28,491 nt of DNA. Source: Calditrichota bacterium. Lineage in GTDB: Bacteria; Zhuqueibacterota; Zhuqueibacteria; Oleimicrobiales; Geothermoviventaceae. The stretch spans positions 1 to 28,491 of the forward strand of contig JAADFT010000534.1 of NCBI GenBank assembly GCA_013152765.1. Direction: 5' to 3'. Of this stretch, positions 9,902 to 18,388 are shown piece after piece (within the stretch, counting starts at the first letter, position 1; the number at the start of each line of letters is the position of its first letter). Under the pieces are notes generated by a model. That model made no database searches. It was not told the DNA's origin and was given only the letters and a program-made list of their open reading frames with translations. A program made the position numbers and the translations under genes.

Positions 9902-11913
9902 TCGAAATGCCGCGCAAGTCGAAAATAGGCACCGTTGTAGTTGATTTGCTCCCCTAAGAAGTTGCGTCGGTAGACCTGAAAGCCTACAACGAATGTCAGG
10001 CGCCGAAAAGCTGTTGCCAGTTCCGTGCGCACGTTAGTCAAATCCAGATCGATCGAACGACCTCGGTTCGAGCGGTACCCGCCTTCCAGGTTGAATTTCA
10101 ACACGCGGGTGATCCGGTAGCTCAGTTGCGCGTTTGTTGAGAAATACCTTTGTCGCTCCTGGTCACGCAGCAGAAAATAGTCGCGGTACCTTGCAGAAAG
10201 GAAAAGCCCCACGCGCGCACTCGTCCCAAGGAGTATTCCCGCCTCATACTGTTCGTAACGGTAAGGGATGATGCTGGACTCGTAGCGGTGCTTTTCGTAG
10301 CCCAGGCGGAGTCCCCAAAACTGCAGGCGCCCGCCGTACATCCTCTCTACCAGGTAGTTCAAGGAAACCACGTTGGGATTGGAGACGCGGTCGTAGTCCT
10401 GATCGTAGTAGTTGTAGTAAAGCTCGACAGCGCGCCGAAACAGGGAAAGGGCTCCACCTACCTTACGGTTCCAGGCTCGGAAACTGTACGAACGCTCTTG
10501 CTCGGCGACGTAGTCCACGTACACTACGCCTCCATTCGGAATCTGGCTACCGGGCAGACGGCGAATTTCTACAAAAACCCCTTGTTCGACGAGAATGTAA
10601 TCCAGATTTTCCTGGTAGACGATCGTACCTGACTCATCCGTGACGCGGATCGTGCTCAGATCGACGTACGGGTTGTCGAGCAGCACTGTACGGTCGTCCC
10701 AGAGTTCGTGCGCCTCATCGACAACGACGAGACGGCCCGGAATACTGGCGTGGCTCTGCCACTGGCGGCGCAACTCGTAGTTGAGTGACAGAATTCCTCC
10801 CGGAATGCGCTTACGGTAGTCTGCCATGAATCCGAGCAATTTTCTCCGATCGTCGACTCCGGGCTGTTTGGACTTTGTGAACCGGTAGTAGACTCTCGTT
10901 CGCAGGCTCATGTAAAGACGGTGTTCGAGCGCAAACTGCGACTGGTCAACAGTCATTCTGTAATCGGGACGATCGTAAGTGACACGCTGGTAGTCCGCTC
11001 GAGCAGCAAAGCGAGCTGGTAGAGCGAGAGTTAGATTCTCGTTCGCCTGCATTCTTCGGAAATCGAACACACCTTTCTGCCGGTAAAACAGCACGTTGGA
11101 GACAAAAGTGCTGGTTCTGGACGAATTCAGGTCAAAACGGTTGCTGATGTTCAGCTCATCGATCGCGTTTTGAATGGAATACAGGCCCGCGTAACTTCGC
11201 GTGTAATCCGTGTACGTGTAGCGCACTCGATTGGCATCGCGCCCCCAAAAAGAGCGATTTGCCTGCGCAGTTAGCGTTTTTCGACGATCAAAAAAGTGGC
11301 GATTCGTTTCGATTTCCAGCTGATCCCAGCGCTCCTTGGAAAATCGCACAGACAGAGGTAGAATTTTCCCCGTGAATCGCACAGAAGCGCCGACGCTCTT
11401 TTTTCGCACTTCAACGTCCGTGATCAGCTCTCTGCGGTTGAAAACGTGGGCACTGTAGCGGTAAAGGCTAAAAGACAACGGCCGCTGCGAGAAAACCGTC
11501 GCGCGCACATCGAATTTCTTGGCCGTCAGCGCTTCCGTTCTGTCTGGTAAAACGACGTAACGATACCTTCTCGAAGCCGGCTGGTAGCCGAAATCGATGT
11601 CAAGAACGAGAAGGTTCGGGTGTACAACGTAGCTTTTTGATCGAACTTTAACGTAGCCGGTCAGGATCGAGGTCTTTGGCCTTTCCGTCGCTCCGGATTT
11701 CAGCACACGTTCTTGAGTGCGGTAGTCTCCATCAATCCCAAGTGTTGTTCTTAGCGTAAGCTGGTTCCAGGGTCCAACCTGGAACATCGTAGGCTGGGCG
11801 TACACAAGCCAGGGCAGCAAGAAAGCAGTGCCGATGACCGTCAGCACCTGTCTTACACAAAACCACGGTGCCGATCGTCGTATTAACCCTTTTTGTACGC
11901 AGCATGCAGTCAT
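9898..11913 (-). CDS. Outer-membrane beta-barrel protein, likely porin of a porin-cytochrome conduit
   Basis: Signal-like N-terminus, alternating amphipathic Y/F/R-rich strands throughout, C-terminal YFRLARHFE, position between two cytochrome genes. Confidence 0.75.
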   Translation of the reverse strand: MTACCVQKGLIRRSAPWFCVRQVLTVIGTAFLLPWLVYAQPTMFQVGPWNQLTLRTTLGIDGDYRTQERVLKSGATERPKTSILTGYVKVRSKSYVVHPNLLVLDIDFGYQPASRRYRYVVLPDRTEALTAKKFDVRATVFSQRPLSFSLYRYSAHVFNRRELITDVEVRKKSVGASVRFTGKILPLSVRFSKERWDQLEIETNRHFFDRRKTLTAQANRSFWGRDANRVRYTYTDYTRSYAGLYSIQNAIDELNISNRFDLNSSRTSTFVSNVLFYRQKGVFDFRRMQANENLTLALPARFAARADYQRVTYDRPDYRMTVDQSQFALEHRLYMSLRTRVYYRFTKSKQPGVDDRRKLLGFMADYRKRIPGGILSLNYELRRQWQSHASIPGRLVVVDEAHELWDDRTVLLDNPYVDLSTIRVTDESGTIVYQENLDYILVEQGVFVEIRRLPGSQIPNGGVVYVDYVAEQERSYSFRAWNRKVGGALSLFRRAVELYYNYYDQDYDRVSNPNVVSLNYLVERMYGGRLQFWGLRLGYEKHRYESSIIPYRYEQYEAGILLGTSARVGLFLSARYRDYFLLRDQERQRYFSTNAQLSYRITRVLKFNLEGGYRSNRGRSIDLDLTNVRTELATAFRRLTFVVGFQVYRRNFLGEQINYNGAYFRLARHFE

Positions 11914-12003
11914 TTCACCACAGCGCCCCAGCTGAGCATTTTGTCACACGAAATTGACGGTAAATGCAGCGTCGAGATTACCTCCCTGCGAAACCCGACA
12001 GAA

Positions 12004-12582
12004 TCATTGCAGAAATGTTCGATCGTCTCCTCCGTGCGGATTGTGGCACTCTGTGCAATCCGCTTCTCCAATGTCACTGTGCACCGGGTTCGCAAACACG
12101 TCGGTTTTCTCGTGGCAAAACAGACAAAGGGCCTGCCCTTTTGCGAACAGCAGGTTCTCGTTCTTGGCCATGTGTGGATTATGGCAAGCGGTGCAGTAGC
12201 CGCCTGCCACAGGCCCGTGAAGAACTTCGAAGCTCTCACGAAAATCATCGTGGCAACCGTAACACAGATCCGGTTGTGGCGCAAGCAAGCGGTTTCCTGC
12301 TTGAATGTCATGACAGGAACCGCAATCTTTGTCCTGGTAAGGAGGATGAAAAACATACTGCGGCCCCATCCGGAGCCGGCGTAGCCTCTCTTCCAGTGCT
12401 GCACGATCAGCCACGGCAGACGTGTCGACTAACGCTACCTCAGAGGGGTTGGGAACTCCGTCGAAGAAAAAGGAAAGGACCTTGTAGCGGGTCATCGGCG
12501 AACAGGCGAAGTGAGCGAGACTGAGCGCAAAAGCGAGACCGACGAGCAGGAATCTTGTGCAACTGTGACGAAAATCGGTCAT
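12004..12582 (-). CDS. Pentaheme c-type cytochrome, probable lipoprotein (ExtC/ExtF-like)
   Basis: Hydrophobic leader ending in an atypical lipobox HFAC (Cys27), YKVLSFFFDGVP motif, 5 CXXCH (CGSCH, CYGCH, CTACH, CLFCH, CTECH). Confidence 0.85.
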   Translation of the reverse strand: MTDFRHSCTRFLLVGLAFALSLAHFACSPMTRYKVLSFFFDGVPNPSEVALVDTSAVADRAALEERLRRLRMGPQYVFHPPYQDKDCGSCHDIQAGNRLLAPQPDLCYGCHDDFRESFEVLHGPVAGGYCTACHNPHMAKNENLLFAKGQALCLFCHEKTDVFANPVHSDIGEADCTECHNPHGGDDRTFLQ

Positions 12583-12696
12583 GAGCTTTCCGTTACCGAG
12601 AAAGATCGCGTACGCTTTCGAAAATCCCCCGGCGTTCCGCTCAACTGATGGTCATCCATCCAGTTTGTACGGCAGTTTCTATTCGGTGATTCAGAT

Positions 12697-13764
12697 TCAG
12701 CGTGGTTCTACAAAACCGTACACGTTTACCTTGTCTGGACCGTACTGGTTTGTCACGAAAATGAGATACTTCAAGCGAAAGCGCTTGTCCACAAATTTCC
12801 GAAAAAGCTCCAGGTTGTCGTAGTCGATTACAACTTTCGCTGGCAACCACATGTAACCAGGGCCCTCGTAAGGCCCACCAAACGGCATCAACAAATGGCC
12901 GTCTCTGTCGAAAATCTGTACATTCTCAAAAGCGGCGTCCACAACGTAAAGGTTGCCGTCACGATCCACAGCAATTCCCTTAGGCCGGGCAAATTGCCCA
13001 AGTCCTCGTCCGTAACTGCCAACCGACCGCACAAATTTCCCATCCCGGGTGTAGATCTTGACTTTGAAATCCCCAATGTCGCTCACGTAAACTCGGTCGC
13101 GAGTCACGTAGAGATTGGTGGGCGAAAACAGCCGCGCCGCCGTGTCCGCGTCGGCTTCTGGAAACGAGTTGAGTAGCTCATGCGTGAAGGCGTGGTAGAC
13201 CCGAACTTTGTGAGACTTGAGATCTGTGACCCAAATCTTGTTGTCCACCACCTGGACGTCAGTGGGTTTCATCTCCGCCGGCCCACCAATGCTGTTGACG
13301 TAGCCAAGCTGATCATCGTAAATCACCACCTGTTGACGTCCGGTGTCCGCCACGTACAAGTAACCCTTTCCGTCTACGTAGCAGTTGATCGGTTTGCGCA
13401 GAAGCCCTAAGCCACGGGGTTTGAAGTACCTAAATGTTTTCCGCTTAAGATCGATGATTTCCAGCCCTGCCACGATCGTGTCGCAGATGTAGACAACACC
13501 GTGCCGGATTGCCAATCCGTATGGCTTGATGATCGGTTTCGGAGCCTGCTTTCCGAGAATGTAGGCCAGGAATCCCGAACGGCGTCCCGTGATGTCGGTA
13601 GATTCACTGAATCGCGCCAGGAACTGAATCCGAGCTGTGTCCGGCGGGGGCGGAAAAACGATGACCTCGTTTCCGGGCGACGTCTGGGCACCTACCCGCG
13701 TGGCTACCATCAACAAAAATCCGAAGATGCCGAGCAACAGTGTAGCGAATCTATTCCGAATCAT
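12697..13764 (-). CDS. Exported NHL-repeat beta-propeller protein
   Basis: Signal peptide, FPPPPDTARIQF N-terminal motif, NHL blades (KPYGLAI, LYVADTG, FARPKGIAVDRDGNLYVVDAAFENVQIFD). Confidence 0.88.
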   Translation of the reverse strand: MIRNRFATLLLGIFGFLLMVATRVGAQTSPGNEVIVFPPPPDTARIQFLARFSESTDITGRRSGFLAYILGKQAPKPIIKPYGLAIRHGVVYICDTIVAGLEIIDLKRKTFRYFKPRGLGLLRKPINCYVDGKGYLYVADTGRQQVVIYDDQLGYVNSIGGPAEMKPTDVQVVDNKIWVTDLKSHKVRVYHAFTHELLNSFPEADADTAARLFSPTNLYVTRDRVYVSDIGDFKVKIYTRDGKFVRSVGSYGRGLGQFARPKGIAVDRDGNLYVVDAAFENVQIFDRDGHLLMPFGGPYEGPGYMWLPAKVVIDYDNLELFRKFVDKRFRLKYLIFVTNQYGPDKVNVYGFVEPR

Positions 13765-13852
13765 CCCGTCGACTCCGAATCCCGTATTTCACAGAAAAAG
13801 ATACCTGACTCTTTTCTCCGCCTGTAATCTTTAGTTGTGCCTTCTCACAACA

Positions 13853-13886
13853 AGAGCTGAGGGGAGGCCCTCCTCCCCTCAGCTCT
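13853..13886 (-). terminator. Perfect 15-bp stem-loop directly downstream of omcE-like paralog 1 (terminator/attenuator or 3' stabiliser)
   Basis: AGAGCTGAGGGGAGG (13853-13867), loop CCCT, CCTCCCCTCAGCTCT (13872-13886). The - strand tail is TGTTGT, which is only weakly U-rich. Confidence 0.7.
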
Positions 13887-13920
13887 GCTTGTTCAACGAA
13901 GCTTTTGTCGGATTGTGGAA

Positions 13921-14538
13921 CTACTTGGCGTGGCACGTCAAGCAAAGAGCGCTGCCACCGTTGCTCTTCACAAGGAGGTTAGCCACACCGCTGCCATTAT
14001 GCACATCGTGGCAGGACGCGCACTGCAGCTTGTGGCCGTACAGCATGTCCTGGTCAATGGTGCCGCCCAAGCCGGAGCTGGTAGTCGTCGGGTCGTACAA
14101 ACCACCATCCGTGCTCGCCAAGGTGGCATCGTAGGTGAACGAAACTGGGTGATCGTTGCTCAGGTCAGTACCAATCAAGTCGTTTCCATGCACGAACACG
14201 TTGCCATTGGTATTACCACCGAAATTGTCTACAGCGACTGTGCCATCGTGGCAGCTCAGACAGAGCTTGGAATTTCCGTCGGGCTGACCGACAGATGCAT
14301 CCAGGCTGGAGCTGCTGTACGGCGTAAAAGTCGCGGAAGTGACCTGATGGTTCCACAAGGGCTCCACGTTGGCTTCAGCATGGTGTGGCGTATGACATAC
14401 GATGCAGATTTCTCCCGAAGGATTCCAGCTCTCTTGGGAGAAATCGTGCGCCGACCCAGCGATGGTCTGACCCTGCGCCACCCCGAAGGCCACACATAAC
14501 ATCAGTACCACCACGGGAACGAACAGTAAACGCTTCAT
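13921..14538 (-). CDS. omcE: OmcE-like tetraheme c-type cytochrome, paralog 1 (candidate nanowire subunit)
   Basis: Signal peptide, strong RBS GGGAGGAG, 4 CXXCH. The motif series AHDFS, ICIVCHTPH, PLWN, FTPYSSSS, LCLSCHDG, IGTDLSNDHPVSF, LQCASCHDVH, GSALCLTCH matches, in order and spacing, Geobacter OmcE as I recall it. Needs alignment to confirm. Confidence 0.85.
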   Translation of the reverse strand: MKRLLFVPVVVLMLCVAFGVAQGQTIAGSAHDFSQESWNPSGEICIVCHTPHHAEANVEPLWNHQVTSATFTPYSSSSLDASVGQPDGNSKLCLSCHDGTVAVDNFGGNTNGNVFVHGNDLIGTDLSNDHPVSFTYDATLASTDGGLYDPTTTSSGLGGTIDQDMLYGHKLQCASCHDVHNGSGVANLLVKSNGGSALCLTCHAK

Positions 14539-14925
14539 CGTTCTCCTCCCTCATATTCGATTGCATTAAACCGCTGGTCTTTCACAGCCTACCCTACTCC
14601 CGCTTTACAAAATCATGGAGGATCTCTGGAGCCCCACGTACGCCAACAGCTGCGGAGAAGACATATCTTTTGGCTACGCCGCATTGGGATGACCCGTCCC
14701 TGTCAATCAGTGCGAAACAAGCTTCCCTCAGATCCACTTACCGGCCATCCCTGGCCCCTGCCGAAAAACTTGGCCTTTCCCAACTTTTAAATTTCTCAAA
14801 CAATGAGCCCCAATTCTCCACCTTCTTGAGGCTCAAATATACGCCAATTACTGGCGTGAAACAAGCCTTTTTTGAAGGATAACTTCTACATCGTTTGCCA
14901 TAGCATTCTCAACGTGATCTCAAAC

Positions 14926-14940
14926 ACAAATATTGTGCCA
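14926..14940 (-). promoter_or_regulatory. Candidate sigma-54 (-24/-12) promoter for the omcE-like operon
   Basis: The - strand reads TGGCACAATATTTGT against the consensus TGGCAC-N5-TTGC (C to T at -12). An IHF-like CATCAATCGGTTG lies at 14990-15002. The same core occurs at 22807. Confidence 0.5.
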
Positions 14941-15048
14941 CTGATACCCGTTACGCACGTCCTATTTCACCTATTCGCAACCTTAGAAACATCAATCGGT
15001 TGCGGTAACGAACTCATCTCCGCAAAAACACCGTTTGCTCCGAATGGC

Positions 15049-16743
15049 TCAATACGACTTAGGGCTGTGTCTCTTCCCGTGACACTCCAGGTAGCACTTA
15101 CCACTGAAATTTCCTGTGTCCACAAATTCCAGTCGCCCAGTACGCGGATCGGGCGATACGACGTTCAGGTCAAAGTTCATCAAATGACTGTGATTTGTCG
15201 CATCCCCCTGACTGCTGCTAATTCCATGTGGATCGTGACACACGTTGCACGGAGTGTTTTCTCGAACAATGTGCTTCTTGTGTACCCTCTTGTAGAAACG
15301 CCCCATGCCGTTGATAACCTGACTCCGATCATGACACCTGTAACACAGTTCGTAGGCCTGGTAGGACTCGCTGGTACCGTCACTGGTAATGTACTGGTAC
15401 TTCATAATGTGCGGGTAGATGGATCCATGTGGTCCCTTGGCTGCTCCCGTCCCATCACTGGCATGGCAGTCCGTGCAGTAGATGATGCTGTTCTCGTTCA
15501 GCGGTGCGATCAGGCTTGGCACATTGGTGTTCCTGCCCGGTGCCTCAATCGGATGGTAAGACGGGTTGCTGGGATCAAACTCCAGTCGGACGTTGTTTTG
15601 TTCAACTTGGCGATGAGTCGGACTGCCCGGTTTGTTTGGACTGTCCGCGTGGCAACGGTAGCAAAGTTGGTACTGGTACTGGATTTCCTGCACCGCCTCT
15701 CCTTGTGAGTCGACACCACGCACACCGAGCAGAGCCCCCGTCACGTCCGGCGCAGAGGCTTCGAGAGCCTTTGCTGCATGAGGATTGTGGCAGTCGGTAC
15801 ATTCAACATGTCGCTTAGTCACAAGGGCGGGTTCAGCTGGATCGTGGATTCCCTGGTAGGAAAAAACATCGTGACGGTAAGTCTTGGCCATCTCGGCCTG
15901 GATGTCCGTTTCGGCAACGTTGCCGTTGTGGCAAACCAGACAGTTTTCCTCTTCTGGTTTCGAATTCAACAGTCTCTCTTCACCCTCGGCGGAATGAGGG
16001 TCATGGCAGTTTTCGCACGCATTTTCCGAGACGGTGCTGTACCCTGTGTGGAACCACGGATCGTTACCCAGACCATTCCACGTTGCCGAAGAAAGCGCAT
16101 GGCTTGCGTTGTCCCATCCCTTTTTCTGGTGACAGTAACGACAGAGTGTGGAATAGCGCTGACTCGCTACCAGGAAATTGCCGTACAGGTCTTTGTGAGG
16201 GTCGTGGCAGGACGTACACTGCAACTGTCCGTCCTCCAGCTGGACCGGTCCCGAGAGAGAAGCCGGATCCGCCAGCTCTCCTTCACTTGCAGCCAGAGTC
16301 GACGAGTAGTAGAATGAAACGGGGTGATCGTCGGCCAGATTCGTCCCGAGATTTGAGCTGCCCGACGGCATCGTGGTTACGCCACCCGCAAAGGTAATGG
16401 GTGACGATCGGCTCAACACATCCCCCAGTGCCAGAGACCCGTCATGGCACGATAGACACAGAATCGAGGAACCCGTAGGCTGTCCGGGTGACGCGAGCAG
16501 GGTCGAACTGCTGTAAAGTTTGTACGTGCTCCCTGGATCTTCTCGATTCCAGAGAGGTGCCCGCCCACTGCTTCGGTGGGGTGTGTGACAGAACACGCAC
16601 ACCTCTGTCTCGCTTTCGGCCTTAATGTCGCCGGGTCCGCTCACAGAAAGATTGTGGGGCGTGTTCAGAATCGATTGTCCGGCCGCGCCAACGGGCAACA
16701 TGAGAAATGCAACCAGAAGTCGTGTACGGTCAATTCTGCGCAT
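15049..16743 (-). CDS. Large exported multiheme cytochrome (11 CXXCH plus CYLECH) with an N-terminal OmcE-like domain
   Basis: Start set at ATG 16743 (RBS GGAG; the track starts at 16764). Signal peptide. The first four hemes carry PHNLS, VCVFCHTPH, PLWNR, LYSSST, LCLSCHDG, LGTNLADDHPVSF, LQCTSCHDPH. Confidence 0.87.
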   Translation of the reverse strand: MRRIDRTRLLVAFLMLPVGAAGQSILNTPHNLSVSGPGDIKAESETEVCVFCHTPHRSSGRAPLWNREDPGSTYKLYSSSTLLASPGQPTGSSILCLSCHDGSLALGDVLSRSSPITFAGGVTTMPSGSSNLGTNLADDHPVSFYYSSTLAASEGELADPASLSGPVQLEDGQLQCTSCHDPHKDLYGNFLVASQRYSTLCRYCHQKKGWDNASHALSSATWNGLGNDPWFHTGYSTVSENACENCHDPHSAEGEERLLNSKPEEENCLVCHNGNVAETDIQAEMAKTYRHDVFSYQGIHDPAEPALVTKRHVECTDCHNPHAAKALEASAPDVTGALLGVRGVDSQGEAVQEIQYQYQLCYRCHADSPNKPGSPTHRQVEQNNVRLEFDPSNPSYHPIEAPGRNTNVPSLIAPLNENSIIYCTDCHASDGTGAAKGPHGSIYPHIMKYQYITSDGTSESYQAYELCYRCHDRSQVINGMGRFYKRVHKKHIVRENTPCNVCHDPHGISSSQGDATNHSHLMNFDLNVVSPDPRTGRLEFVDTGNFSGKCYLECHGKRHSPKSY

Positions 16744-17764
16744 GCGCGCCTCTCCGTAACTCAAATATCTGCACTCGACCGTTGTAAGTGTCGGCTACGT
16801 AGATCCTGTCATTCACATCCACAAAAATCCCCGTCGGCAACCAAAACTCCCGCCTGCCGTGGCCTGGAGACCCGAAACGGTACAGCAACACGCCTTCACG
16901 ATCAAACACTTGAACCGCATTGAAAAGTGCATCGACGAGGTAAATATTTCCGTGGCGATCCACCGAAACGCCCTTGGGCCTCGCAAAATACCCGGAAGCA
17001 TCCCCTGCCTCACCAAAGGACGAGACAACGCTTCCGTCTTCCTGCAGGATTTGCAGCCGGAAGTTCAGAGCATCGACCACATAAGCGAGACCGGTACGGT
17101 CGATCCACAGAAAATTGGGGAAATTGAATTCCCCCAGTTCCTTTCCTCGATGTCCAATTGTTCGCTTTACATGACCGGTACGGTCCAGGACAGCGATCCG
17201 GTGCGCAAGCGTCTCAACAACCCAGATTTCATCAGAGACAGGTGACCACGCAATCCCGGTCGGCCTCTGTAACTTCCGGGACACGGTCAGTTTCCTGGCC
17301 TTTTTCTCGCCCCTCCTCAACGAGAAGACGGCGTTCAGACGGGAATCCGTAAAGTAGAGTGTGCCGTCTCCTGCGACGCATGCAGAAACGAGGGAAGGAA
17401 ACTGGCGGTATTCCTCGCTTCGAACAAGCTGGTACCGCCGTTGAGAACTATCGGTTACCACGACAGCACGAAGCCCCTGATCCAGGATGAACCACGTCGA
17501 ACCATCTGCTACGAAAGCTACTGGCCGTGAGAGGGAAGGGCCTCGCTTACCGGCGATTAGCCTAAGAAGCCGATCACCCAACCTCTGGTGTTGCGCCAGG
17601 AGAGTTTGTTGACTTATTTCGCCAACCCACCGCACGGAGTAGCTTCCATCCTCCGCCACAGCGGGGTGCAGGACGAAAGTAGCCGCCAGCCACACCGCTG
17701 CTGAGCTAACCACTCGCCAGAGGCAGACCGACATACGCTCAGGAATCTCGAGCCGCAACCTCAA
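16730..17764 (-). CDS. Exported NHL-repeat beta-propeller protein
   Basis: Hydrophobic leader, NHL blades (LQRPTGIAW, GEFNFPNFLWID, FARPKGVSVDRHGNIYLVDALFNAVQVFD, FWLPTGIFVDVNDRIYVADTYNGRVQIF). The start codon is uncertain (TTG 17764 or a downstream ATG). Confidence 0.88.
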   Translation of the reverse strand: MRLRLEIPERMSVCLWRVVSSAAVWLAATFVLHPAVAEDGSYSVRWVGEISQQTLLAQHQRLGDRLLRLIAGKRGPSLSRPVAFVADGSTWFILDQGLRAVVVTDSSQRRYQLVRSEEYRQFPSLVSACVAGDGTLYFTDSRLNAVFSLRRGEKKARKLTVSRKLQRPTGIAWSPVSDEIWVVETLAHRIAVLDRTGHVKRTIGHRGKELGEFNFPNFLWIDRTGLAYVVDALNFRLQILQEDGSVVSSFGEAGDASGYFARPKGVSVDRHGNIYLVDALFNAVQVFDREGVLLYRFGSPGHGRREFWLPTGIFVDVNDRIYVADTYNGRVQIFELRRGAHAQN

Positions 17765-18223
17765 CGTGTCCCCTGTTCAGGGATCCGGAGCACTGACACT
17801 CACAGCGCAGGAACTAAAGAGCCTACCTTTTCTTTTATCGACACATCTACGCCAGTCCGTAAGTTTCTCTGCGAATAAGGTAGTGAAAATGAGTCTCGAA
17901 ATCAATGTCGTACTTCGCAAAGTCTCAAACTGAATCGGACTCCTTCGTGGCCCCTACAAGCACCCAGCTACCCCGAGAAACACTGCGCAACAAGTGTTTT
18001 TTGTCAGCGTTTTCCGCCCCTCAAGCTTAAACTTCGCGATTCAGAACTCAGCCAACGAGCATTGCTCGATCTTCTGGGGCACACTTCCTCCCGTACCGGG
18101 TCTGATGCACAACCCGGAACAAGGCCGCAAAAAGTCTGGCACTTGAAGAACTTGGGTCACTTTGTGACGTTTAGGGGTCCACAAGCCCTTTATTTTCTTT
18201 AATGTGCTTTCTGTATTTCTTTC

Positions 18224-18252
18224 TTGACTTTCGTAACAAAAATTAATAAAGT
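18224..18252 (+). promoter_or_regulatory. Candidate sigma-70 promoter for the decaheme/beta-barrel operon
   Basis: TTGACT (18224-18229), 17-bp spacer, TAAAGT (18247-18252), with an AT-rich tract just upstream in an otherwise GC-rich region. Confidence 0.6.
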
Positions 18253-18388
18253 TCACCTGAAGTGAGGATCCGCGGGGGTGGACTCAACACACCCACGGTA
18301 CCGGGTAAAGCAGGCTCTGCGGTACCGGGCTCTACGGGTTTCCAGCCGTACAGACTGTTAACCAACACAACGTGGAGGAGACCAGCGT

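Noticed and set aside
14841-14857. Palindrome ACGCCA-N5-TGGCGT, and a sigma-54-like TGGCGT nearby
   Set aside because: The -24/-12 spacing is off by one. A single 6-bp palindrome is too weak to call an operator.
13915-16317. + strand ORFs 13915-14499, 14872-15708 and 15778-16317
   Set aside because: Antisense shadows of Cys/His-rich cytochrome genes with no independent coding signal.
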